This document shows positions 1-11,497 of a stretch of 64,000 bases of DNA, piece by piece. The notes beneath the pieces are model-generated. The model did no database searches. It had not been told where the DNA came from and saw nothing but the letters and a program-made list of their open reading frames with translations. Positions within the stretch are counted from its first letter, which is position 1. Each line of letters begins with the position of its first letter. Both the position numbers and the translations under genes were made by a program. Origin of the DNA: Vicugna vicugna (lineage: Eukaryota); contig MU059781.1 of NCBI GenBank assembly GCA_013265495.1, positions 1,773,667 to 1,837,666 on the forward strand, given 5' to 3'.

Positions 1-180
1 GCGGCAGGCCATGAAGTGCCGAGTGTGGGCATCAGTGCGGCGGATTCCCGCCGCGTCCTCCCCGGCGTGTGCAGGCCTGGCTCCCACTCTGTCCCGGGAG
101 GTTTGCGCAGGGCCTCTTGCTCGGGTTGGCAGGGCTGTCCCCAGGTCTAGGGAAAGCTCATCCTTTCTCTCGGGAGGGCT
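1..180 (-). promoter_or_regulatory. Edge of a CpG island, probably the upstream flank of RMC1 (C18orf8), which would lie just left of the window
   Basis: GC/CpG-rich start of the window. The assignment rests only on the recalled synteny TMEM241-RIOK3-RMC1-NPC1; no coding sequence is visible. Confidence 0.4.
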
Positions 181-489
181 TCTTCAGTCTGCCTCTGAGA
201 GAACAGTGCTGTTTTCAGCACATGGATGCTGTGAGCATGTAATGGGGAAAAAAACTAGTTTACATTGCAGGCCAGAAAGTCTTATTTGCCACCTTTGATA
301 GCTGAGGGGGGCAGGTAGGTGGAGGACTTTCCTTATTCAAGGGAAAGAAGAGAGAGACGGGAGGAGGAAAGGGAGGATCACGGATAACCCCTAGGGGTCC
401 ATTCTCAACAACCAGATGATTTTGGCACCATTCTCTTATAGAGGCTTGAAAAGTTTGGCAGTGAACGGGGTTGGGGAGGCTGGAAATCA

Positions 490-666
490 AGAGCTGGGTT
501 TGGGACATGTGACACCCAGGAGAAATGACAGCTAGATAGATGTATATATAGGTCTGAAGCTCATCAGAAGAGTGACGAAACTGGAGATAGAAGTTGGGAG
601 ATTGCGATATAGATGTTATTTGAAGCCATGGGATTGGATGAGATCACCTAAGACAGAGTCATAAAG

Positions 667-715
<49 letters not shown>

Positions 716-1130
716 ACTAACCTTTAGAGGCCAGTAACAGGTAATGGAGACGGAGCAGAGCCTGCCACAGAAGTAGACAGAAAACCAGGAAGGGGGTTGT
801 CTCTGGAGCGGAGTAGAGACTGTTTCAGGAAGGGAGTGCAGTCGCTTTGACAGAGGCTGCTGAGATGTCAGCCAAGGAGGTCACTGAAAAGTGTCCTCCG
901 TTTTTTCCCAGGAAGACACAGGTGTTTCCGTGGGAAGACCATCGCTGCAGGGGTGGGAGGCAGAAGTGAGGATGCGAAGTGAGAAAGGGGTGATAGCCAG
1001 CGAAAAATCCATAGTGACTGTTCAGGAGACTCTTGTCTCAGAGGGTAGAGGGATAGAGATGGTGGTGACTGAGGGTGGAAGGATGTAGGAATAAGTTAGG
1101 TTTTTTAAATGAAAGCAGGAGCAAGGCTGC
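490..1130 (+). mobile_element. Ancient L2 LINE fragment interrupted by an (AC)n microsatellite
   Basis: Degenerate L2-like purine-rich text (gaagccatgggattggatgagatcacc ... gtgactgttcaggagac). Confidence 0.6.
669..712. repeat. (AC)22 microsatellite
   Basis: Perfect dinucleotide run. Confidence 0.98.
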
Positions 1131-1338
1131 TCCAACATAACTTCATGTAAGAACCATGCAAGTCTGGTGTGGTGCCCTACAGAGGAGAGGAGATATCTAA
1201 GTGAGCGGACATGGGGTGGGACCCAGAGGACACATGGAGGGATTGGTCTTTTCTGTAACTGAGGGGAAAAAGGAAGCTGGGAGGTTTACAGGTGGAAGAT
1301 GAGGGCACTCCTCTCCCTTTTCTAGTAAAAACTAAATT

Positions 1339-1405
1339 AATAATAATGATAATAATGATGATGATGATGATGATGATAATGATGATAATAATAATAATAA
1401 TAATA
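1339..1405. repeat. Compound (AAT)/(GAT) trinucleotide microsatellite
   Basis: Interleaved AAT and GAT triplets; it generates the poly-I and poly-Y/H ORFs in the track. Confidence 0.95.
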
Positions 1406-1606
1406 GACGTGGGCAAGAGGCCCAGAACACCGTGAGCTTGACAGTGACTGTGGCCTGAGAAGTGCTGAGCACCTGGGCAGCTGCTGCAGGCAGGGAGAAT
1501 CCAGGAGATCCAGAGCTGCCTTGGGCAAACCAAGTCTGTGCCTCTTCAGCTCTTTCAGTCACAAATTTATTTTTTTTCTGTATGGTTCAGCATTAAAGAT
1601 AATTTG

Positions 1607-1837
1607 GGGTGGAGGGTGGGAAGGGATAGACTGGGATTTCAAAACTGTAGAATAGATAAACAAGATTACACTGTATAGCACAGGGAAATATACACAAAAT
1701 GTTATGATAACTCACAGAGAAAAAAATGTGACAATGAGTGTGTATATGTCCATGAATGACTGAAAAATTGTGCTGAACACTGGAATTTGACACAACATTG
1801 TAAAGTGATTATAAATCAATAAAAAATGTTTAAAAAA
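1607..1837 (+). mobile_element. Young 5'-truncated L1 3' end with AATAAA, poly(A) and 12-bp TSD AAAGATAATTTG
   Basis: TSD at 1595-1606 and 1838-1849; the empty site reads TT/AAAG (L1 endonuclease consensus); near-identical to the inverted copy at 25288. Confidence 0.9.
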
Positions 1838-2399
1838 AAAGATAATTTGAATATTTGCCCCATGCCCATATAGGATTCCCTATTCTTCCCGAATTTAAAA
1901 AAAAAACAAACTTCCATTGGGAAACATCAACACTCTGATAGTAGTCTCTAAAAACGGACCAACAGACATTTCTGGAATTTTGAGGTTCCAGGTGTTACCA
2001 GGACTCAAATTTGTAAGTGCCTGATATCACCTTGGAAATCGTTATAAATGACAGCCCAGAATTAGAATTAGGTGAGAATTATCTTTGTGTTGTATCCCCC
2101 CGGCCTGACAATTACTTGTTATCAGAAGGTTCTGTGAATTCCCTCTGTTACTTAGTAGTGTTTTCTTCCTCCTTTAGTTATTTATGTAACAGTTCATTTT
2201 CTGCTGTTTCTTTAAAGATTAAATTGAAGAACTGATGCAAAGCGCTCCCTGTGTTTGTGTCTTTTGATTGCTGCCAAACTTGTTCTCTGCTCTTGATTTG
2301 ATTTTCAGAGAAAAATAAAAGTTCATTATACAAATCAGAATAATCTAATATTTAAAATCCAATTTTATAGGGAATAAAAAGTTGCTTTTAAAAAAATGT

Positions 2400-2519
2400 T
2401 TGTTGAGGGGGAGGTAATTAGGTTTGTTTGTCTGTTTATGTAATTGAGGTACTGGGGATTGAACCCAGGACCTCGTGCATGCTAAGTATGTGCTCTAGCA
2501 CTGAACTAGACCCTCCCCC
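2400..2519 (-). mobile_element. tRNA-derived camelid SINE (vic-1 type)
   Basis: The reverse complement has A-box (ggtctagttcagtgctagag) and B-box (ggttcaatccc) followed by the aaacctaattacctccccc tail; flanking taaaaagttgc is duplicated. Confidence 0.88.
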
Positions 2520-3794
2520 TAAAAAGTTGCAGTTTTAAATGATTCATTAAATAATTTCAAAACATTGTTCTTTTAACTGTGTTTAGTTGTTTCAGAAGAT
2601 AAAATTTGGGCAAAAATTTTCTAAAACCTTGTTTTTACATTGAAACCCATGGGAGGACAGTAAACATCTTGCCCACCCCTGCGGCAGCTCTACCAGAGTA
2701 AAAGCTCACAGGAGTGTTTACGCTCAAAGACATTTCCCAAGACTGTCTAGTTCAATGGCTCCACAAGCTAGTTGGTTGTCAAGAGCTTTAAAAATAAACC
2801 AAACATGCTTGTTGTAATTATGAAAGAAATGCATGCATGGGGGTTAAAATAACTCAACAGTATGGAAGACATCAAGTAAAAAAAAAAAAACCAAAAAACA
2901 CTCCTGTCTTATTCCTCTTCTCCAGCAATCCTCAAGGCCACAACACAGAGGAAGCCACTCTTACCAGATTCTCTTTTTAACTCTGATGATAACACCGTAA
3001 CTCTCGTATACTTACCTTGTTTTATCAGCTTCCTGCAGGAAATGTTACTTTCTGCTCTGAGAAAGATGAGGAATTTAGCACATTGGTCTGCCTCTCACAT
3101 TCCTTTCCCCAATGCTTCTCAATTTTTGTTATTTATATTATTTTTAGTTCTAGTATTAACTTGCATAACATTATATAATATACCTAGACCTCCATTCTTG
3201 ATCCATCAACATCAGGAAGTTTTAGGGACTCCACACTGTATCAGTGGGGGAGATCAGCATGTCTAAACCAAGCCCCTTCTCTCCTTCCTCTCCCCTACTC
3301 CAAACATAATTGTCAACGTTTAGGGCATTTACAGTCTATAAATACAAATTCAGTGCCTTGTCTAAATTTTAAAAAGTAACAGTGTTTACAATACTATGAT
3401 TATTTTAAACAATATTATGAACATTCAGTATAGAACCTTGTGGAATGATTGAGTCCATAGGAAAGGAAATGAGATTTTTGGTCACTAAACTTGACCACTT
3501 GAAAAAAAGGATGTCCCAAATATCAAGGTCAAAATTCTCCACCAAAAATCATGGCATATTTTTGTCTGCTTCAGCTAAAAGATGACTTTGTTATATAGTT
3601 TTTTGTTTTTCTGGAGTTTTTCATTGCTTTTCTTTTTTGTTGTTGTTTTTGTTGACAGAAGAAACTATGTGTCATATCTTTCAGCTCTTCCAAGTTTTTG
3701 TTAATTATACATTTGTGAATGGATTCCACAGTGTTCTTGCAGATGTTCTACATACAGCCCTCTCATTTCTTCGATGTTTTTATTGTCCAGCTTT

Positions 3795-4260
3795 TGTGTC
3801 AGTTAAAATTGCATTTGGCTGCGAGTAACAGGAAACCCAAAGTACAATAAAGCTTAAATAGGGCTTTAATTTTTCTCAGGGAACAAGAAATATGGAAGTA
3901 AGCCACCCAGGACTGGGACTGAGGTTCCATGATGCTTCAGAGATCCATAGCCCTTCTTTCTCTCCACTTGGTCATCCATCCTCCATGTGTGGCTTTCATC
4001 CTCACACTCATCACCTGACAGCTTACTTCTAATATGGGGTCTGCAGTCCCCAGGCAGGAAAAAGGGGAAAGGTGAAAGGAAAAAGGGGAAGGGTGAAAGG
4101 AAAAAGGCTCCTGCTGGCTGCATTTGATTTTAAGAGCTTTCCCGACCTCTGCTTACATCTAATTGGTCAAAATTATGTATAATGAGTCTGCACTATATAA
4201 GTGGGGGAGATGAGCATGCTATGAGTGTACACTAGCTACGACAGTGTCTAGGGAATGTAG
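3795..4260 (-). mobile_element. Old MaLR (MLT1J/K/N-like) LTR fragment
   Basis: tgtgtcagttaaaattgcatttggctgcgagtaacaggaaaccc terminus and internal MLT1-like text. Confidence 0.5.
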
Positions 4261-5719
4261 CTTGTCACTAGGCACATTATGCACTGTAGAAAATTGGAGT
4301 TTTTAGTGGGAAAGAAGGTAGAAATGGATATTAGGTTAGCAACTAACAATGGGCTTTTTAAAATGGCATTTCAGGATTAGGTGGGCTGTTTCTTAAAATT
4401 CAGATTCCCAGGTCCTATTCCTGCCCCCTTGCTTGGGGGTCTGTTATTTTTAGTAAACCCTCCTCAAGTGATCATTTTGCAACCAGATTGTCACCTGTTC
4501 ACAGATAAGCAAATGGGGGCCACAAGTTATTTCGTTGCGTAAGTCAAACCTGAATATGAACTTTTCTTTTCCTATTTCTAAAGCTCCTACTTTCCATCAG
4601 CATTTTCTTAAGTTCTTTGGAGAACGTGGACGTATAAAGTATTCATTACCCTGGCTCCAAAAAGTGTATCCTAACGCAGTATACATTACACACACAAATC
4701 CAAGGAATATAATATTGTAATGGAGCCAGGAAGGCCTACAGGGGTTATTGACCTATCCCTGCTTTGAAGATCAATGTGGTCAAACAAAAGGACTACTTGG
4801 AGGATGCAGAGGCTGAAGGGCTTGGACAGGTGAAGAAGAAGGCAGTTTATTTCAGAAAGAACATGTAATAGGCACACCATAAACATTACGGAAAGTAAAT
4901 AAGGAGAAAGTAGACTTACACTATATGAAGTATTTTATGGTAATATGATGCAGTTTATAGTTAATGGGAAAAGACTGCTAAGTCATTGCCATTTCAAAAC
5001 TATTTTATTGTGAATTAAAGGCTTTGCATAAAACAATTATCTTTCTCATCAGAGCTGCTGTTTAAGTTGAAATGCCTTTATATTAAAATTGCTATGAACA
5101 TTTAATAGTATTTAAAAAATAAAATACCGAGAGCAAGATGTGCCCTAGAATTAAATTAGTTTTAAATTGTGTTTGGGTAAAATAATGCCTTTGTGTTTAT
5201 TTTTCTTATTAATATGACATGTTGTGTGGTAGCTGGGCCTAGCAGCTGCCTCAGTTCTCAGTCACATTTATATTAGATCAAAATTTAAAAAAGAAAACTC
5301 TGCAGATCCCAGGGGGACAGGGAGCCTTTCTTGACCATTTTCTGCACTAAAGAGCTGCAGTACGCCCGGGTGCCTTGGTGACTCCAGCACCTTGAGGAAA
5401 GGTACAAGAACTCCTGCTTTCACAAAATAATGAAAACAAGGACCCGAATCTTTTTGCTAATTATTGTTCCACGTGTTAACATTTCTAGGTTCCAGATGAA
5501 CCAAAAATTGTTGAGGAACCATGAGAAAATCCTTTAATTTAATAATTTATTTAGAGTTCACCTTCAGACACTACTATGCATGACTTGATCTTCCTGTGTA
5601 GACTCCGGGGGGCTGTGTGCCTGGCTCTGCCACCACTGCTGCTCAGCACGGCCACTTGACACACTCACTGACCACTGCTCTTGTGGAGTGCACGCAATTT
5701 AGCTGGGTGACTTTCTATA

Positions 5720-6770
5720 NNNNNNNNNNNNNNNNNNNNNNNNNNNNNNNNNNNNNNNNNNNNNNNNNNNNNNNNNNNNNNNNNNNNNNNNNNNNNNNNN
5801 NNNNNNNNNNNNNNNNNNNNNNNNNNNNNNNNNNNNNNNNNNNNNNNNNNNNNNNACATACACAAAGCAAGCAGGGACTCAAAGAGATATTTGTGCATCC
5901 ACCTTCACAGCAGCATTATTTGGCATAGCCAAAAAATGGATACAACCCAAGTGTCAGATGAATGGGTAAANNNNNNNNNNNNNNNNNNNNNNNNNNNNNN
6001 NNNNNNNNNNNNNNNNNNNNNNNNNNNNNNNNNNNNNNNNNNNNNNNNNNNNNNNNNNNNNNNNNNNNNNNNNNNNNNNNNNNNNNNNNNNNNNNNNNNN
6101 NNNNNNNNNGTGAAGGATCCAAATTCAGAGAAACAGAGTAACATGGTCATTGCCAGAGGTTGGGGGAATGGGGANNNNNNNNNNNNNNNNNNNNNNNNNN
6201 NNNNNNNNNNNNNNNNNNNNNNNNNNNNNNNNNNNNNNNNNNNNNNNNNNNNNNNNNNNNNNNNNNNNNNNNNNNNNNNNNNNNNNNNNNNNNNNNNNNN
6301 NNNNNNNNNNNNNNNNNNNNNNNNNNNNNNNNNNNNNNNNNNNNNNNNNNNNNNNNNNNNNNNNNNNNNNNNNNNNNNNNNNNNNNNNNNNNNCCCAGAT
6401 TTCAGACAATACTACAGAGCTACAGTAATCAAAACAATGTGGTACTGGCATAAAAACAGACATGGATCAATGGAACAGAACAGAGAGCACACTTATGAGA
6501 ATGCCTAAAATAAAAAAAAAGTGATTATACAAAGTGGTGATGAAGATGTAAAGAAACACTGCAGGTGGGAGTGTAAACTGGTACAGTCTGAGTTTCTTAC
6601 AAAGCGAAACATGCATTTGTCATATAACACAGCAGTTTCACTCTTATGTTCATGCAAAAACCTACATATAAATGTTAGCAGTGGCTTTATTCATAATGGC
6701 CCCAAACCAGAAACCACCATCCAAATGTCTTTCAACGGGTGAGTAGTCAGACAAACTCTGGAATATTTCA
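5720..6770 (+). mobile_element. Cluster of L1 fragments (ORF2 C-terminal piece [22 protein letters not shown] and 3'UTR pieces) broken by three N-blocks
   Basis: 6394-6490 translates to recognisable L1 ORF2; 5856-5970 and 6110-6174 match L1M 3' text. Confidence 0.85.
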
Positions 6771-7271
6771 CTCTTAGATTCCTATCATTTCACAAACCTG
6801 ATAACTGGAAACTATATCATTGGTCAAGTCATTGCCTAGCTCACTGAATAAACTAGGGTTGATATGAAGTCCTGAGTCTCCTGAATCTAGTTTGACAGTG
6901 ATTAGCTGGTAGGTTTTGCTCAGCAGCAAATTTAAAATTACTACTGTGATGTCTATATTTTTCCAGCTCATGGGATGGGGGGTTGGGGGAAGGAGAGAGC
7001 TAATGTCCAAAGTCCTATCTGTTGTATTTCCCTATTTTAATAGCCCTGCTTAATAAAGTTTTTTTTAGAAATTCATGCAAGTTCAGGTGGTAACAATTTT
7101 AATAGTTCTATATGTGCAATATACTTTATATATACCTTTTTCCCCCTTTTAAAATTTCCCCAAATATCTTGGATATTTTTCATCCAAGCAAAATTTTTAA
7201 ATCAGCTGAAGGAGTAGGACGCTCTCCCCCACCTCCACCCACCAAAAACATTCTGTATCTACCCTGGGCTT

Positions 7272-8325
7272 CGTCTTAGACTCCTTGGGCTACCACGACA
7301 AAACACCACAGACTAGGTGGCATAAAAAACAGAAATTAATTTCTCACAGTTGTGGAGGAGAGAAGTCCAAGATCAAAGTGCAGGGTTGGTGTCTATTGAG
7401 GCCTTTCTCTTTGGAGTGCAGATGACTGCTTTCTACTGTGTCCTCACACGGGCATTCCTCTGCGCTTGCGTGAAGAGAGATCTCTGGTGTCTCCTCCTCC
7501 TCTTATGAGGACACGGCTCCTATTGGATTAGGGCCCCACCCTTATCACCTCACTTAACATTTACACCTCCTTAAAGGCCCCATTTATTTCTTTGTTTGTT
7601 TGTTTGTATTAATGTGTCATTGGTCCCTTATTTATTTTTTTGATTCTTAACAGATGCTTACAGTTTATTTTTTCCCATTTAAAAAAAATTATAGGTGACT
7701 TACCATGTTCTATTAGTTTCTGGTGTACAGCATAGTGATTCAGTTGTACATATATATATATATATACATACTCTTTTTCATATTCTCCCTCATTACAGGC
7801 TACTACAAGCCACTGAATACAGTTCCCTGTGCTATATAGCAGGACCTTGTTGTTTATCTATTCTGTACATAGTAGTTTGTATCTGCCAACCCCAAACTCT
7901 CAATTTATCCCACCTTTCCCCTTCTTCATCCTCCCACCATTGGCAGCCGTAAGTTTGTTTTCTATGCCTGTGAGCCTCTTTCTGTTTTGTAAATAAGTTT
8001 GTGTCTTTTTTTTAGATTCCACATATAAGTGATGTTATATGATATTTGTCTTTGTCTGACTTACTTCATNNNNNNNNNNNNNNNNNNNNNNNNNNNNNNN
8101 NNNNNNNNNNNNNNNNNNNNNNNNNNNNNNNNNNNNNNNNNNNNNNNNNNNNNNNNNNNNNNNNNNNNNNNNNNNNNNNNNNNNNNNNNNNNNNNNNNNN
8201 NNNNNNNNNNNNNNNNNNNNNNNNNNNNNNNNNNNNNNNNNGGCCCCATTTCTAAATACAATTGTCACAACAGGGGTTAAGTCTTCAACATATGGATTTG
8301 GGGGAGGAAACATTTGGGGGAACAG
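7272..8325 (-). mobile_element. MLT1A/B-type MaLR solo LTR split into 7272-7585 and 8242-8325 by an L1 insertion
   Basis: Canonical text (accacagactaggtggc...acagaaattaatttctcacagt...aagtccaagatcaa; ggattagggccccaccctt) resumes after the insert with gtcttcaacatatggatttggggg. Confidence 0.85.
7586..8241 (-). mobile_element. L1 3' end (cetartiodactyl-type) nested in the MLT1 LTR, TSD GGCCCCATTT
   Basis: TSD at 7576-7585 and 8242-8251; degenerate (TTTG)n tail on the left; ttttagattccacatataagtgat L1 signature. Confidence 0.85.
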
Positions 8326-9569
8326 GCTTCAACTGCTCTGTCCAATGTTTGTTTTACCATTTTCCAAATATAATACAACTTCAAAAAGATGCAATAGGAA
8401 ATAAGTAGTTCTCTTGTTACTTAGTAACAATATACTAACACTTCAAGCAATGGACTCATTTGTTTCTTCTTCTTGCTTAAGATTTAACTGTTCAAACCCT
8501 TTTTGATGTTTTCCACATTTTTCACAAATCTTGGCTCATTGTTTGACACTTCATCCAGACACTGTTTTTACAGTTTTGCATCAAGCATTCTATTTGACTA
8601 CGTGTTCCTTCCATCCCAGAAGGCATTAGAGATTAAAAGAAGAGTTTAGAGCTGTAAGTAGTAGCTCACTAGTTTTCTCTGTAATGAATACCCTACCTTC
8701 CGCTTCCATCTGCTACTTCCTCATCTTTTTACCATATGTGGTCTTAACTCCTCAAAAAGCTAGCTATTTGGGGAAAAATTGTAAAGCTTAAGATAGCAAA
8801 AGCAATGCTGTTCCCAAATGTAACCTTTTTATAGTTATGAATTGGGAAACAAATACGAAATCAAAGAATAAAAACAAAAGGCTTCCAAATGAATAAACTG
8901 ATGTCTTAAGTATAAACTTTGAAAACTTAAATCATTCTTTCATTTTATGTAGTCCTTATGAAACACCAATAGAAAAAAATATATATCTTCAAAAACAGAA
9001 ATACTAAGATTTGAAAATACAATCAGATGAGCTTTTTCCTAGCAATTTCTAAAGTGCTAGAAAACTGCTCAGAATTTCCAGAGGTGCAGACGACACTCTC
9101 TTCCGACGAACAGGGTCTAAATGAGCAGGAAAAACGTACTGCCTCTCCCACGTCTTCAGGCCTCCTCTCCCTCATCTTCCTTTGGGGTTTACCATGATCA
9201 ACATTTCACCAGCAGCTGCCTTGCTTCCTCTCATTTTCTGTTCAAAGTTTTTTTTAAAAAACGAGACTGTAACATTTGCTGAGGGAAAAAAATTGGCAGG
9301 GATGTGTGCCCCACTATATGCAAAGATTTTTGGAATACAAAGGACCTTTACTTTAGCATTTCTGAATTTCTGTAATACTTAAATTTAAATGAGCATGCTT
9401 GTATTAGTTTTGTAAGCAGAAAAACTGATTTCTTTTTTATAAAAAGGAAACTGGAAAAAATTATCTTGTTGAAATAAAAATTCTCTCCACAATCTTCCTT
9501 ATTTTGATCATTAATAATCATATTCATATATCCACTTCCATGAAAGTGAGGCAAAAAAAAACCTTATTT

Positions 9570-11389
9570 CCATTTTTTCCCATATATATAATTTCTTTAT
9601 TTAGCAAACCAACATTTTCCATAGTCTGTTTCCACTGTGTGAAAAATTTACTCTCCGATCTATACCAAGGGAAAAAACCTATTATTTAAAAGTGAAATTT
9701 AAATATGGAAAGTTGAGGGGGCAAAAACCTGCTCAAAATAGCACTGTTTAATTTTAAACAGAAGGGGTAATTTCGTGCCAGGACATAAGCTAATTCAAGG
9801 AACAAGAAGAAACCACACAAAGAACCAATTCTAAAATGATCTCTTCATTTTTAATTTCTTAAAAAGCATGTTCACAGCACACTCCAAGAATGCCACACAG
9901 CAATGGTTTGCTGTTCTTTATCAAACAGAATACGTCAGAAAACAAAACAAAAAAATTTTAATGGTTACTAGTTTTAAAAATTAGTTCTTTGAAATTTCTA
10001 TAAAGCCAATAATCACCAGTCATCTAAATATATGTTTCAGAATGGTGAACATTTCAGAAATGCAAGAGCATCCGCCCCAAATCACACTTCTCTGAAATGC
10101 AATTAAAAGTTATACAACAGAAACAAAAATAAATATTTTTCTAGAAAGAACATACTTGGCATTTTAAAATAATTTTAATGGAGAAACTTTCAAGTGTAAA
10201 TAATGTTAGATTTTTACTTTCTATTACTAGACAGAAAGGTTAGGTCTTTAGTGATTCCAATCTGACTACAGTAATAGGAGGAATGATTATGCTGTAGTTA
10301 ATGAGCTTCAATCCTAACAAAGCCAAAGTACCTCCCCAGTACAGTGCCTGCTTTAAGAAGTGGCATCCTGACAGTACTAAAAATTATTAAAAGTGAGGCC
10401 AGATAGTTTGAATTAGTTGGTTAATTTAGGACCTGACTTGTTTTATACGTACTTTTTCATCATTTGATTATTTAATGTTTCTAATTAGCTTGCTTTATTT
10501 GTCTCAAAATCAGTAAGTATATAGTTTGAGTGACTGTAAACTGGACTTTGTTTTACTGACTTCATTAAAATATGTCAAACATTGTTAAATATTCTATTCT
10601 GTCCTTCTTCCAGATAATTGACATTTTCATTATAAATGCAGAGCGGCTGCACCATGAGTTACATCCTAACCATTTCGCCTAAAGGTAGAAAAGCTGAAAG
10701 TTAAATTTTAAAAATTTGGATAGTTAAGAATTACTTATACATTTATTTTTTTCAGAAATGTATGATGCCTTTCCTTGGATATGATTATGGAAAAGAAGAA
10801 TTCAGTTCATATTCATGATGTACCAATAAAAAGTACTTTGTCTATTTCTGCCAGCCATTCTGAAACCAAATTTCCATTTGTATCACCTACTAAAGAGAAG
10901 AAATTTTCCTTTAGAGTAATGGTCACAATCTGGAAAAAGAATTGAGAAGGGCTAATATTGGCCAATAAAATATTTGAGGAAAAATGCAACAGAAAGCAGG
11001 GAGGTGAAAAAAAGCAAGTATGTTGTAATAAGAGCCTCCCTGGAAAACACATCCATCCCTTCCTCCCATATTTGGAAATGTTAAAAATTCTCATCAAAAC
11101 ATCTTATGCCACAAATCCTGTAAAATCAGGCTGATTTCCGCTAGATAACCTGTAGCTGTTAAGAATTATATTATCCTGTTCATATCATGAGAGGTAGTGA
11201 CATTTTATTCTCTCAAATGCCGACCTAAAAATTCCACACACCTGGCATATGGGTTACAAGGGGGAAAAAGCACAGAAGCACCATTGTACACTCCTCATGT
11301 TTTGGTATTTCAAGTCACCCATAACTTCATTTGCCACTGGCAGCTGACAATCACCGCTGTGTTAACGCTGAAAGCAGTGGGAATGAGTG
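9570..11389 (-). other. RIOK3: RIOK3 3'UTR (distal end uncertain) with candidate AATAAA signals at 10742-10747, 10494-10499 and 9596-9601
   Basis: AT-rich, repeat-poor sequence after the stop; TTTATT hexamers on the plus strand. Cleavage sites cannot be determined from sequence alone. Confidence 0.5.
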
Positions 11390-11497
11390 CTATTCATCAT
11401 ATAGGACTGGCGGGCCTCCATCATCTTTCAAAAATGAAGCAGCTTTCCTTCCATTCTTCTGAACATGGTCTTCATTCATTTTCTCCAAAGCTTCTAT
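11390..11497 (-). CDS. RIOK3: RIOK3 exon 13 coding part ([35 protein letters not shown])
   Basis: Acceptor ttgtag|ATA; TAG stop at 11392-11390. Confidence 0.97.
   Translation of the reverse strand: MEALEKMNEDHVQKNGRKAASFLKDDGGPPVLYDE

Noticed and set aside
1177-1562. ORFs with poly-Ile, poly-Tyr/His and poly-Leu/Ser tracts
   Set aside because: They are three-frame translations of the AAT/GAT microsatellite; there is no splice or homology support.
5617-8313. Long ORFs (up to 205 aa) containing X runs
   Set aside because: They are open only because N bases hide stop codons; the readable parts are L1/MLT1 remnants. The same applies at 16583-16945, 23089-23325, 25629-25865 and 58127-58696.
9300-11389. 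miR-191 site (TTCCGTT) in the RIOK3 3'UTR, a reported erythroid regulatory link in mouse
   Set aside because: No AACGGAA was found on the plus strand in this interval by eye; a computational seed scan would be needed to be sure.
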